Shown: positions 43,155 through 53,337 of the stretch, one piece after another
Position numbering within the stretch: position 1 is the first letter of the stretch
Layout: every line of letters begins with the position of its first letter
Source: Thermoplasmata archaeon
GTDB taxonomy: Archaea > Thermoplasmatota > Poseidoniia > Poseidoniales > Thalassarchaeaceae
Reading direction: 5' to 3'
Assembly (NCBI GenBank): GCA_002727675.1
Contig: PBXQ01000054.1
Location: 1 to 56,042 of the forward strand
Length of the DNA: 56,042 nt
Notes under the pieces: generated by a model
The model's input: the letters and a program-made list of their open reading frames with translations, nothing else
Told to the model about the DNA's origin: nothing
Databases searched by the model: none
Position numbers and translations under genes: made by a program

Positions 43155-44312
43155 ATGATTGCCAAATCTGAAATTAATGATATTCTTCAGAATTATGATC
43201 GCATGAAGTTAAGGATTGGGATGACTGCTAGTCATTCTGCCTTAGATATTTGTGATGGAGCAATTGAGGAAGGATTTCCTACTGTTGCTTATTGTCAGAA
43301 AGGAAGAGAAAAAACCTATTCTGAGTATTTTAAGACTAGGAGAAATCATTCTGGTAGGGTTGTTCGTGGAATGGTTGATAAGGCAATTTTATTGGATCGT
43401 TTTGATGATGTTTTAAATCCCGCGTTTCAAAAAAATATGACTGATAGAAATGTTGTCTATATCCCCAATCGTTCATTCACTTCATACTGTGGGATTGATG
43501 CAATAGAACAGGATTTTCGTGTCCCTATGTTTGGTAGCCGGAATATGCTAAGGATGGAGGAGAGAACAGAAGAACAGGATTATTATTGGATTCTTGAACA
43601 AGCAGGACTCCCATACCCTGAAGCAATTGAGGACCCTCAAGATATAGATTGTTTAGTAATTGTAAAATTACACCATGCTGAAAAGCAATTAGAAAGGGGA
43701 TTTTTCACTTGCGCATCATATGAAGAGTATATGAAAAAATCTAAAGAATTACTAAAACAAGGCGTTATCGATGCCGAAAGTTTATCTGGGGCTAGAATTG
43801 AAAGATATGTTGTAGGCCCAGTATTCAATCTAAATTTTTTCTATAGTCCATTAGAAGAAGAAATGAATAAATTAGAATTATTGGGGGTAGATTGGCGATT
43901 TGAATCCAGCCTTGATGGTCATGTACGTTTACCGGCACCACAACAAATGACAATGCCATTACATCAACAAATACCAGAAATGACAGTTGTTGGACATAAT
44001 ACCGCAACAATTAGAGAGAGCCTTCTTGAAAGTGCTTTTGAATTAGGTGAGAAGTTCATTGCAGCTAGTAAAGAGCATTATGATCCAGGAATCATAGGTC
44101 CTTTCTGTTTACAGACATGCATTGACAAGGATATGAATTACTACATTTATGATGTCGCTCCTCGGCTTGGTGGTGGGACAAATGTACATGTTAGTGTAGG
44201 ACATCCTTATGGGAATGCAACTTGGAGAAAACCAATGAGTAGTGGCCGCAGGATTGCTATGGAATTACGTCGTGCAGTAGAGCAAGATAGATTAGATGAA
44301 GTATTAACTTGA
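43155..44312 (+). CDS. purP: PurP-family ATP-grasp (FAICAR synthetase-like)
   Basis: SHSALDICDGAIEEGF, IPNRSF, FGSRN, ERGFF, RESLLE, GPFCLQ, DVAPRLGGGTN, GRRIAMEL. Confidence 0.88.
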   Translation: MIAKSEINDILQNYDRMKLRIGMTASHSALDICDGAIEEGFPTVAYCQKGREKTYSEYFKTRRNHSGRVVRGMVDKAILLDRFDDVLNPAFQKNMTDRNVVYIPNRSFTSYCGIDAIEQDFRVPMFGSRNMLRMEERTEEQDYYWILEQAGLPYPEAIEDPQDIDCLVIVKLHHAEKQLERGFFTCASYEEYMKKSKELLKQGVIDAESLSGARIERYVVGPVFNLNFFYSPLEEEMNKLELLGVDWRFESSLDGHVRLPAPQQMTMPLHQQIPEMTVVGHNTATIRESLLESAFELGEKFIAASKEHYDPGIIGPFCLQTCIDKDMNYYIYDVAPRLGGGTNVHVSVGHPYGNATWRKPMSSGRRIAMELRRAVEQDRLDEVLT

Positions 44313-44316
44313 TTTT

Positions 44317-44682
44317 TCATAAAATCGGGATAAGATTCGCAACTCCTTCATTCATTTTCCTTCGTACTAAACCCAAATTTGCCCCCTTTTTCATATTTGA
44401 AACAAGGGAGTATTCGCCATTAATACGAATAATTGCTAATATTCCTTCTTCGCCAACAATTGTTACTATTTTTGGCTCGCCTAGTTTCATATTTGAAAGA
44501 GTTGATGTTGCATTTTCAATAGTGTTTGGCAACAATGATGCTGTACCTTCAAGAAATTTTGATGGTGCACCTGAAACTTCTTCGATAAATCCTTCACCAG
44601 TTGTAATTGCGCACCAATTAACACCATCTAATGAAGCAATGCTCTTCACAATTTCTTCTCGCATATTGCACCGGTGTATCAT
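44317..44682 (-). CDS. Roadblock/LC7-domain protein
   Basis: LDGVNWCAITTGEGFI..KKGANLGLVRRKM roadblock pattern, about 115 aa. Confidence 0.75.
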   Translation of the reverse strand: MIHRCNMREEIVKSIASLDGVNWCAITTGEGFIEEVSGAPSKFLEGTASLLPNTIENATSTLSNMKLGEPKIVTIVGEEGILAIIRINGEYSLVSNMKKGANLGLVRRKMNEGVANLIPIL

Positions 44683-44707
44683 TCAGTCAATAAATAAAGT
44701 TGAGAAA

Positions 44708-45712
44708 TTAATCATCTCTTCTCTTATATGTGCGTGATACTCCACTTCTTCGGGCTTGGATTTTTCGCTTACCTAATGTTTTCTTTTTCTTCTTATCTTG
44801 TTTAGATGAATCTTCGGTTTGTTGAAGTTTTGACAAACCTCCACTGTGCAAAAGTCTAGCCATGTCTTCTACAGAAAGAGAACCTCCGCTAATTGCATGT
44901 TCTCGTAATGAATTTATTCTGACTCTTACCTTTTTACCGCGTTGTTCATCTGCTTTTCTAATTCTCAAAAATGATTCTAACCGAGCAATTTCTTTCTTAG
45001 ATTTATTCAATTCTTTGCGATAACTACGAATAGATACCAGCATTTTCTCGATTCTTTTGTTTAATTTCTTTTCTTCTTTACGATTAATATTCATTCCCGT
45101 TAATCTAGGATTTTCATCGCTTGCCTGTTCTGCAACAATTGTATCATCTTCTTTTAGTTCATCCAGTTTTTTAATTGTCTCTTTTTGTAATCGGATCAAA
45201 TCTACAAAATAATTGTGAGCAGCATCTGATTGCTGTTTCAATTTATGCATTTCGATTAATTCAAAGAAGAAGGAAAATTTCTGTATTTCGTTTGCTAATT
45301 GTGGTGCTCTTGTAGCGTCGTCCCTAATTGTTGTAAGATCTCTCCAAGTTCTTTTAATTAATTTTTCAATTACTGATGTGGGCGGGCTTACTCTTTGATT
45401 AATATCATCACGTTCTGCTTTTGCCTCATTAATTTTGGGAGTTCTTTCTCTTAATTCTGTTAGGAGTGCCTGCCTTTCTTTGCTTATTCCTCCACTTTGA
45501 CCAAGAGCATTACGAAGAACTTGCACTGTGGAAATTAATGCATTCCTTTCATTGCCCATAGAGTCTAATTGCGATTCAATTGAACGGATAGAGGATTTAT
45601 GGTCATTGATTTTTTCTTCTAAATGATGTGTTTCCATTTCACGTAAATCCTCAAAGTAATCACGATCTTTAGATCCTTTCTTCCCCCCCTTCTTCTTTGG
45701 CTTTCTCTTCAT
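44708..45712 (-). CDS. Archaeal coiled-coil protein (COG1340-like), paralog 2, with basic termini
   Basis: Heptads, ERDDIN, SDAAHNYF, SGGSLSVEDM. Confidence 0.68.
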   Translation of the reverse strand: MKRKPKKKGGKKGSKDRDYFEDLREMETHHLEEKINDHKSSIRSIESQLDSMGNERNALISTVQVLRNALGQSGGISKERQALLTELRERTPKINEAKAERDDINQRVSPPTSVIEKLIKRTWRDLTTIRDDATRAPQLANEIQKFSFFFELIEMHKLKQQSDAAHNYFVDLIRLQKETIKKLDELKEDDTIVAEQASDENPRLTGMNINRKEEKKLNKRIEKMLVSIRSYRKELNKSKKEIARLESFLRIRKADEQRGKKVRVRINSLREHAISGGSLSVEDMARLLHSGGLSKLQQTEDSSKQDKKKKKTLGKRKIQARRSGVSRTYKRRDD

Positions 45713-46557
45713 TCTTCCTCACCCCCTGTTTTTTCTTGGGGTGATTGTCGTGGCATACTAGATTCTTTTCCTTCTGCAACCATTCTCGCTGCAGCCAGTA
45801 AGTCTCCAGTCCCATCTTTAAGGTCATCAAATCCCTTTTCAATACGGTGATTCCAATATCCAATTATTTCATCTGCTGACTGTTGTAATGCCTTAGAACG
45901 GTTCAATTGTCCTTGGGCAATTTTTTGAACATCACGATTTTCCTCAAATTTTGTGTGGAATTCAGCACTAATTGATGCTAATTCTGTTAATTTTTCATGA
46001 GCATCATTTGCTGCATCCAATAATTCTCTATACTTTTTCCAACCTTCTTGGTATTCTTTTAAATCAGGGTCAGATTCGATTCTGTTAGCTACCCATTCTT
46101 CATGAGACCTGGTAAGTTCTTTCATTTCCCTGAGTAACTTACGCTCACTATTGATATCAAGTGCAGAGGTTTCTAATTTCTCATCCAGTTCAGCCAATTT
46201 TGATGCCAGTTTATCCTTGGCCCAACCTGGATTTGGATTCTTCAATCTCTTTTCAGCAATTAATTTTTCTCGTAGATTAATTAGGTGTATTCTGAGTTCT
46301 TTTGATTCTCTTTGGAAATTATCCCTCCCCACCTTCAAATTTTTTACATTATTCGTGGCGGAATCCCTTTCTTTTAGCGATTCATCAACTAAAGGATTTA
46401 GGTAGTCTAATTCTTTTCTTCTTTCACGAATAATTTCAGGAAGAAGTTCTACCAACTCACGTCTACGTGAGATAATAGATTGAGCCACTTCTTCTGGAGT
46501 CATGGCAATTAGTGTACTTACATCCATAGGTAAGTCGTCGACAGGCCCACCTTTCAT
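45709..46557 (-). CDS. Archaeal coiled-coil protein (COG1340-like), paralog 3
   Basis: ERDSAT/GRDNF, LETSALDINSERKLLREMKEL, ANDAHEKL. Confidence 0.72.
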   Translation of the reverse strand: MKGGPVDDLPMDVSTLIAMTPEEVAQSIISRRRELVELLPEIIRERRKELDYLNPLVDESLKERDSATNNVKNLKVGRDNFQRESKELRIHLINLREKLIAEKRLKNPNPGWAKDKLASKLAELDEKLETSALDINSERKLLREMKELTRSHEEWVANRIESDPDLKEYQEGWKKYRELLDAANDAHEKLTELASISAEFHTKFEENRDVQKIAQGQLNRSKALQQSADEIIGYWNHRIEKGFDDLKDGTGDLLAAARMVAEGKESSMPRQSPQEKTGGEEE

Positions 46558-46625
46558 AAACTTAGGCTTCTGACATATGTTTGATAGGAAAGGTCATTCA
46601 ATTGGTTTGTATTAGAGGGGGTAGT

Positions 46626-49256
46626 ATGAGAAGTTCTAGGGTCTGCCAATTCGCGGCCATTACAATGTTGTTGTTGTTTTGCTTACCTCTGTTGCCAGTA
46701 GTTTCTGCATCAGGTAATGGCCTTCTTATGGATTCCAATTCATTACAGATAAATGGTGACTTAGAAGTGGGGCAAGGAGATATCAATGTAACAATAGATG
46801 TCCAAGCACATGATGTTTCAGCTATTGGTTCTATAAATTTCACCTTAGTTGAAGGTATGAATACTATAGTGGCAAGTGACAACATTTCTCTGAATTTGAC
46901 TTCTGGGGAAATAATTACAGTGCAATTCAATGTATCTATGCTACCAGTCGGTCAATATACTTTAGATTTACAACTTTATGGTTCGGTAGGAATTGCTAGT
47001 CAAAATCATACAGATCACTTGAATCAATTTGTAAAACGTTTAGCTCCTGCGAATCTAGTTCTTGGTGATCAGAATACATGGGTTCTTACTCCAGTAAATT
47101 TCGATACTGGTGAGGCGAGTGGCAATTTATCATTCAGGGATGGTGATATTGGCTGGGTTGTGATACCAGTTACTAATTCTGGCGAGGTGGCATGGAACGG
47201 TTCATTAGGGTTTAATCTACAGGGCGGCTCAGAAAACTACCTAAATGTCAATCTTTCACCCCAATCAAGCACATTTGTAAATTTCACACTACCCCAATTG
47301 AGTGAAAATAATTCAGTAATCTTGAATGTTAATATGTCAAATCAGTTCATTTCGAAATCAATTTCTGTAGGCCCCCCGCCATTAGCAAGGTTAAATTTGA
47401 CAGCAGAGGTGAATAATTCATCTGCTACTTTGAGTGATGAAGTCACATGGTTTATTAATGCAAGTAACAATGGTGAAATTACGTGGTTTGGAAGGTTAAT
47501 TTGTAATTTTTCCAATGTTGCACTTTATGATGAAATATTAACAATAAATGCTGCTTCATTAGAACCAATCCAAGTAATTCTAACAGTCAGGCCGGGGGAA
47601 TTATTTTGTCAATTGCAAGGCGAAGAGCGAATTCATGATGATTCAATAATTAATTTCTCTTTCCAATACAATATGGATGCTGCACATTTTTCTAATGCAG
47701 GGAGTTCTGGTTTAGTAATTGATGGTACAAACTTTCATGTTGGTGATGTTCTAGATGCGACAATAATTGTACATAATGGTGGGGATTTTTCAGGTACCGC
47801 TAAAATTCAGTTTTCTGATTCTGGAGTTACTTCTGAAGGAGAGTTGAGACAATTTAGTGTGGGTCATAGTTTGCAATTGAGTATATCCCACTCATTGTTA
47901 GGTATTTCAGGAGAAAGAGAAATTATGTGGTCAGTTGTTAGTCAAGATGGACTTGTAGACTCAAATTTATCGGGGGTAATTAATTTATTAGTAAATCCAT
48001 CTCAACAATTATCTGCGTCAATTTCAACTTCTTCATGGACTACATCAACAGGGATTACAACTGATGTTGAGTTGATGTTATCTGAGGGGCCTTCAAGAAA
48101 AATTCACATTAATGTTGGATATTCTAATGATGATGATACCACCACTGTTATCAGTAGTGAGTTAATTTTGTCACCAGGGCAAAGATCACTATCTTATTTA
48201 TTGGGTGATCCAGTAGATGCAGATGAAGTTTGGATAGAAGTCAATTCAATTGATTGGTCAACTTCTGTGATTTCAAATTTAGATGATTATTTCACAATCA
48301 CGCCCCCTAACTTAGTTCCTAGTATTGCATTGGGGGTAGCAAATCCTCCTGTGCCTGTTGCTGGTGATCGTACTACAATTGCATATACATTAACTAATGA
48401 TGGTAGCGATGACATTTCTGGGGGACTAATTGTTCTCAAATTATTATCAACTAATGAAATTTTGTGGGAGGGTTCAGCACCTTTGGTACAAGCAGGAGAT
48501 AGTCAATCAGGAGAAATAGTAATCGATACCTGGCCAGAAGGAAATCTTGTTGATGTAGAATTAAAATGGGTTACTGATCACATTGAAACTAGTTATGCGA
48601 ACTCTTATCCCTCTAAGGGTGAAATTATTTCTGATGATATAGACATTCCATGGTCTGCAATATTCTTAGGACTAATTTCTGGTATTGTAATTGCTTCAAT
48701 TGCCCGTTTTGTTATTGTTTGGCAAAGTGAAGACCCCGATGAAAGGAATAGATTGAAAATTGAACGTAAACAGGCTAGAATTGATGCTAGAAATAAAGCA
48801 CAAAAATCTCGTTTTGAAAAGAAAAATCCTAAGGAGAAAAAGGAAGTTCCTTGTCCTTCTTGTGATATGGTGTTAAGAGTTCCAAATGATTATGATGGTC
48901 AAGCGAGATGTCCTGCTTGCACCCATGTTTTTGTGGTCAAACCTATGGATTTACCAATAGAAGAAGATGAGGAATTAGTAGATGAAGATATTGAAGAAGC
49001 TGCTGAAATAGTTGATATCCCAAAGCCAGTGAAAACACCCAAGAAATCAAAAAATGATATAAAAGAAAATTCTGTTGAAGTTAAATCAGACAGTAAAAAG
49101 GCCCAATCAAATGATGATAAATTAATTTCATTTTCACCAAATGATGAAATCAGATGCCCTTCCTGTGCTCAAAGGTTAAGGGTCCCCTACGATAAGAGGC
49201 CAATAACTGCAAGGTGCCCAAGGTGTGAGATAAAGTTCATTGCGGAGAAAAAATGA
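46626..49256 (+). CDS. Large secreted Ig/CARDB-like beta-repeat protein with TM anchor and two cytoplasmic zinc ribbons
   Basis: Signal peptide; repeated VTNSG/ASNNG/VHNGG/LTNDG; TM WSAIFLGLISGIVIASIA; CPSC..CPAC and CPSC..CPRC. Confidence 0.75.
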   Translation: MRSSRVCQFAAITMLLLFCLPLLPVVSASGNGLLMDSNSLQINGDLEVGQGDINVTIDVQAHDVSAIGSINFTLVEGMNTIVASDNISLNLTSGEIITVQFNVSMLPVGQYTLDLQLYGSVGIASQNHTDHLNQFVKRLAPANLVLGDQNTWVLTPVNFDTGEASGNLSFRDGDIGWVVIPVTNSGEVAWNGSLGFNLQGGSENYLNVNLSPQSSTFVNFTLPQLSENNSVILNVNMSNQFISKSISVGPPPLARLNLTAEVNNSSATLSDEVTWFINASNNGEITWFGRLICNFSNVALYDEILTINAASLEPIQVILTVRPGELFCQLQGEERIHDDSIINFSFQYNMDAAHFSNAGSSGLVIDGTNFHVGDVLDATIIVHNGGDFSGTAKIQFSDSGVTSEGELRQFSVGHSLQLSISHSLLGISGEREIMWSVVSQDGLVDSNLSGVINLLVNPSQQLSASISTSSWTTSTGITTDVELMLSEGPSRKIHINVGYSNDDDTTTVISSELILSPGQRSLSYLLGDPVDADEVWIEVNSIDWSTSVISNLDDYFTITPPNLVPSIALGVANPPVPVAGDRTTIAYTLTNDGSDDISGGLIVLKLLSTNEILWEGSAPLVQAGDSQSGEIVIDTWPEGNLVDVELKWVTDHIETSYANSYPSKGEIISDDIDIPWSAIFLGLISGIVIASIARFVIVWQSEDPDERNRLKIERKQARIDARNKAQKSRFEKKNPKEKKEVPCPSCDMVLRVPNDYDGQARCPACTHVFVVKPMDLPIEEDEELVDEDIEEAAEIVDIPKPVKTPKKSKNDIKENSVEVKSDSKKAQSNDDKLISFSPNDEIRCPSCAQRLRVPYDKRPITARCPRCEIKFIAEKK

Positions 49257-49265
49257 GGTTTTATT

Positions 49266-49916
49266 ATGTCGTCTCCAATACTAGAAGAACAAGAGATGTA
49301 TCTCAAGGTCTTGTATGAAGTACATATTGTGGATCCAGAATCTCCAATTCGTACTAGTCAAGTAGCTGAGGCGATGTCTGTGACTGCTGCAAGTGCTAGT
49401 GAAATGCTGAAAAGGTTGGGTGTCAAGGGGTTTGTAAATCATATTCCATACAAAGGAGTTACACTTACTGAGAACGGAATAGAAGCTGCTAGTAGAGTTA
49501 AGAGAAGAGAATCTTTGATGGAAGTTTTTCTAGTTTCGTTACTAGATTTTGATGGGGACATTAAGGACGCTGCATGCAGATTAGAACATGCTTTGACTGA
49601 TGAGTTAGAGTATTCAATTGATAGATTGTTAGGATTTCCTAGCCACGCACCTGATGGTGCTGAAATCCCTAGAATTAACAGGGAAATTAATTTTGGAATC
49701 AAGGGTGTTTTACTTCCCTTGAATGTTTTACCTGAAGGCATGGTTTCTTCAATTGAATTATTAGTCATAGATTCTACCGATGAAAAAACATTGAAAGATA
49801 TGAATATTGAAGTTGGAATGAAAGTTGAAAAAACGAATTCAGATTTTCTTGTTAATGGGTTAAAAATTCAATTATCTAATAACATGCAATCCCGTATTTT
49901 GGTTAGGACCGAATGA
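49266..49916 (+). CDS. DtxR/MntR-family metal-dependent transcriptional regulator
   Basis: EMYLKVLY, TSQVAEAMSVTAASASEMLKRL, PYKGVTLT, ACRLEH, LGFPSHAPDG. Confidence 0.9.
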   Translation: MSSPILEEQEMYLKVLYEVHIVDPESPIRTSQVAEAMSVTAASASEMLKRLGVKGFVNHIPYKGVTLTENGIEAASRVKRRESLMEVFLVSLLDFDGDIKDAACRLEHALTDELEYSIDRLLGFPSHAPDGAEIPRINREINFGIKGVLLPLNVLPEGMVSSIELLVIDSTDEKTLKDMNIEVGMKVEKTNSDFLVNGLKIQLSNNMQSRILVRTE

Positions 49917-49960
49917 ATATTTCAAAGAACGCTTTGATATGGGATTAGTAACTCGGATGC

Positions 49961-50959
49961 ATGATGGCGAATGCCGATGGTGATGCTGACCCTGAAGGGG
50001 AAGAGGTAAAAAATCGCCTTCATGCAATGGAAGCAAAGATGAGAAGGTTGTCAGAAGTTCGTCGTTCTCATAATGATAAGGCAAGAACTAATGCAAATCA
50101 AAGAGATGCAGTTCAGCAACAATATTCTGAATTACGTGATGAGATCAAAGTAATAATTGATTCACAAAAAGAAGTTCGTAATAAGGCTAAAATTCACCAA
50201 GCCCGAAGGGATGCAATTCAAGAACAACTGAGAAATTTGTTTTCACGTTCTAAGTCCACTAAATCCAATCGTGAAAAATCAGTAGTTTTGCAGTTATCTG
50301 AGAAAAACGCTGAAAAACATCGGTTGGAAGAGAGGTTAGTAATTGATGGAAATTTATCTTTAGAGGCCGAAAATAAAATCCATAAGAAATTGAAATCTTT
50401 GAAATCTGAAATAGAAAAACTTGAGCCACAAGTTGAAGAACAGATGCGGATAAAAATAGACCTTGATGATATGGATGGTTCTATTGAACAGTTGAAATTA
50501 GAGGCAGATGATGAACATAAGCAGATGGTTGCATTACATGAGGAAGCCGATAAAATTTGGGAAGAAGTAAAACCAAAATTTGAAGAGCGTGATTTTCTAA
50601 AAGCTGAAGGGGATCGTTTACACAATTTATTTGTTAAATCTAGAGAGGATGCTGATGAAGTCCACAAACAAATTGAGGAACTAAGTAATCAAGTGACTGA
50701 AGTTAGAGGTGAAATGAAGGCATTAAGGGCAGAAAGAGATTCATGGATTTCAGTTCATAATCAATCTGTAGAGGAATCCACTACTACTCCAAAAGATGAT
50801 GCTGAATTAGCTAATAGTCTAGTTTCAAACCTAATGGGTTCTGGGGCACTTTCTCTTGGCGGAGTGTCTAACTCGCTCGACTCATCAGAAAGAAAATCAT
50901 CTAAGCGCAAGGTCAGAAATACAGGCACGCCAGCTAGGGGCCGAGTAAGAAAAAAATAA
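49961..50959 (+). CDS. Archaeal coiled-coil protein (COG1340-like), paralog 4, with basic tail
   Basis: QRDAVQ/RRDAIQ, DGNLSLEAENKIHKKLKSL, ADDEHKQM, ADEVHKQI, MGSGALSLGG. Confidence 0.72.
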   Translation: MMANADGDADPEGEEVKNRLHAMEAKMRRLSEVRRSHNDKARTNANQRDAVQQQYSELRDEIKVIIDSQKEVRNKAKIHQARRDAIQEQLRNLFSRSKSTKSNREKSVVLQLSEKNAEKHRLEERLVIDGNLSLEAENKIHKKLKSLKSEIEKLEPQVEEQMRIKIDLDDMDGSIEQLKLEADDEHKQMVALHEEADKIWEEVKPKFEERDFLKAEGDRLHNLFVKSREDADEVHKQIEELSNQVTEVRGEMKALRAERDSWISVHNQSVEESTTTPKDDAELANSLVSNLMGSGALSLGGVSNSLDSSERKSSKRKVRNTGTPARGRVRKK

Positions 50960-51075
50960 CCATGCTAAATTTTCTACAACATGAGTACTTGGAAAAATCA
51001 TAGTTTGGCTCAGTCAAATTAAATATGAATTATAACTACATCATTCTAATAAAGTAAGTTGCTAGGGGCCGCCAT

Positions 51076-51318
51076 ATGAACGATGATGATCATGGTCCCA
51101 TGAGGTCCTATGATCGGCAATGGGATGAGATAGAGGAAATGCTTGAATTAGCAGAATCGCGAGGTATAGAATGGCAAGAATGGTTCGAAGAATGTCGCGA
51201 TAACGGGGACCGGGATGGGATGAAAGAGGCTGCGCGTAATTTCAAAGCACTTCAAGGTGTTATCAAATGCTTGAAATGGGTATTAGGTGAACAAGGAGTT
51301 GATCATCCTTTAGAATAA
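51076..51318 (+). CDS. Small hypothetical helical protein
   Basis: 80-aa ORF with natural composition, ending ALQGVIKCLKWVLGE..HPLE. Confidence 0.6.
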   Translation: MNDDDHGPMRSYDRQWDEIEEMLELAESRGIEWQEWFEECRDNGDRDGMKEAARNFKALQGVIKCLKWVLGEQGVDHPLE

Positions 51319-51402
51319 GTTTAGATTCTAATTTCATCCTTTTGTTGTAATATTATTGACTAAAACATTCATGAGTTATTCCTTGTTCGGGGTTTTGTTA
51401 TT

Positions 51403-52386
51403 ATGGCCTTAGACCTCAATGAAATGCGACATGGCACTGAATTATTGAAGCGTGGCTTTGCAAAAATGCAAGAAGGCGGCGTCATCATGGATGTTGTAAC
51501 TCCTGAGCAGGCTCAAATTGCAGAAGATGCAGGGGCAACTGCTGTTATGGCTTTGGAAAGAGTTCCTGCTGATATACGAGCTATGGGCGGTGTGGCTAGG
51601 ATGAGTCATCCCGATTTGATAACCGGAATAATTGAAACCACTTCTATTCCTGTTATGGCTAAAGCTAGAATAGGACATTCTGGAGAGGCTAGAGTTTTGG
51701 AAACTCTAGGAGTTGATATGATAGATGAGTCAGAGGTGTTGACACCTGCTGATCCATTTTACCATATTCCAAAAAATGATTTTTCCATTCCATTTGTTTG
51801 TGGTTGTACTAACCTAGGGGAAGCTGTGAGGAGGATTTACGAAGGGGCGGCAATGATTCGTACAAAAGGTGAGGCTGGTACAGGTAATGTGGTTAGTGCA
51901 GTTCAGCATGCGCATTTGGTTTCAGAAGAAATAAAATGGCTCCAGAATTGTGGTGATGATGACTATTCATTTGCAGTTGAACAAATTATTGAACCGTTCC
52001 TTAAACTTGAAATTGCCAGTGAATTAGGAATTCAATTGGAAACCACGCCGTTTGGTTCTATTGACGAATGCATTTATGGGGTGGAGGAAATAATTGCTGA
52101 AGTTAAACAAAAGGGAAGATTACCCGTTGTTACTTTTTCTGCTGGTGGAATTGCCACCCCTGCTGATGCTGCATTAATGATGAATATGGGGATGGACGGC
52201 ATTTTTGTCGGGTCTGGAATTTTCAAGTCAGAAGATCCTGAAACAACAGCACAAGCCATTGTTCATGCCACTCATCATTTCAAGGATTCATCTAAGGTTG
52301 CAGAAGCATCTGCTATGATGGCTACTCCAATGCCAGGGCTAGAAATAGAAACTCTAGATGTTAGAATGGAAGAAAGAGGGCATTAA
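51403..52386 (+). CDS. pdxS: Pyridoxal 5'-phosphate synthase lyase subunit
   Basis: [63 protein letters not shown]. Confidence 0.97.
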   Translation: MALDLNEMRHGTELLKRGFAKMQEGGVIMDVVTPEQAQIAEDAGATAVMALERVPADIRAMGGVARMSHPDLITGIIETTSIPVMAKARIGHSGEARVLETLGVDMIDESEVLTPADPFYHIPKNDFSIPFVCGCTNLGEAVRRIYEGAAMIRTKGEAGTGNVVSAVQHAHLVSEEIKWLQNCGDDDYSFAVEQIIEPFLKLEIASELGIQLETTPFGSIDECIYGVEEIIAEVKQKGRLPVVTFSAGGIATPADAALMMNMGMDGIFVGSGIFKSEDPETTAQAIVHATHHFKDSSKVAEASAMMATPMPGLEIETLDVRMEERGH

Positions 52387-52659
52387 TTAAGCCAAAACTG
52401 GCGAATCGCCTTCTGCAATTGGTAAATTTACTGCTTCTTTTTCGTTGCGTTCCAACCATTCCTCTTCTTCATCAGGGAGATCTGTATCAGCAAAAATCGC
52501 ATCCTCAGGGCATTCTGTAACACATGCTGCGCAATCAATACATTCGTCAGGATCTATGACGAGATATGTTTCAGCTTCACGGAATGCTTCCACTGGACAT
52601 ACTGCCACACATTCTTGGTATTTCTTATCCACGCATCCAGAAGCAACTACATGAGTCAT
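52387..52659 (-). CDS. fdxA: FdxA-type (7Fe) ferredoxin
   Basis: [40 protein letters not shown]. Confidence 0.85.
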   Translation of the reverse strand: MTHVVASGCVDKKYQECVAVCPVEAFREAETYLVIDPDECIDCAACVTECPEDAIFADTDLPDEEEEWLERNEKEAVNLPIAEGDSPVLA

Positions 52660-52707
52660 GGTTATCTCCAACCCTGCGTCAGGCTCATCAATTATGAACT
52701 TAATTAT

Positions 52708-53190
52708 TCATTGCAGTCTTTTGACTGGTTCGGGGAGGTTATTGCGTTTTGCTATATCAGCAGCTTCTGAAAGCAATTTAACCGCAACTTTTTCTTTATC
52801 ATCACCAGGATACAATTCCAATTTTATTCTTCCTTTAACATTCTCAGAAAGTTCTTTAGGGGTAACAAGAACTAAATTACCGCAAACTAATTCATCCAAA
52901 TTAATTCTTAAATGTAACCAATTTTCACTATCAATTCTATTGATTACTTCATTTTGTAATTGTCCAAGTACAGATGAGCCTAGTCTTGGCAAGGATTTAC
53001 GGGCTACTGATTTTTTGTCAGCGTTTGCCCTTATTAGATAAATATCTGAGCCATGAAATGATTGGGTTTTTTCTATTTCAACTATATTTTCATCCCCAAT
53101 TAGCCATGCCAAAGAATCACAAATCACGTCAATATCTGAAATTCCAGACGCGTTTACTGTCCACTCGACCCGGTGGACTGGTAGTGTCAT
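52708..53190 (-). CDS. Archaeal RNA-binding protein (COG1325/PF01877-like)
   Basis: SFHGSDI, NRID..LHLRI, VKGRIKLELYPG pattern. Confidence 0.65.
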   Translation of the reverse strand: MTLPVHRVEWTVNASGISDIDVICDSLAWLIGDENIVEIEKTQSFHGSDIYLIRANADKKSVARKSLPRLGSSVLGQLQNEVINRIDSENWLHLRINLDELVCGNLVLVTPKELSENVKGRIKLELYPGDDKEKVAVKLLSEAADIAKRNNLPEPVKRLQ

Positions 53191-53337
53191 GTAACTTCGG
53201 TGATACCATGTAATTGATGACGATGTCGCTATATGGGGTGAATTTCTTCTTGTTGAGTGAGTAGCGGCGTTCAAATAGTGGGGGGAAGTCGGCGAGGCGC
53301 TAATGGGGTAGCCCCCGTAAGACCAAGGTGTTAGAGA

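Noticed and set aside
44309-44737. 142-aa plus-strand ORF and the many other short antisense ORFs inside long genes
   Set aside because: They lie antisense to well-supported genes (here the roadblock protein) and carry no motifs
53305-53316. GGGG-TAG-CCCC hairpin in the rps3ae leader as an autoregulatory element
   Set aside because: Only a 4-bp stem; too little to support without comparative data
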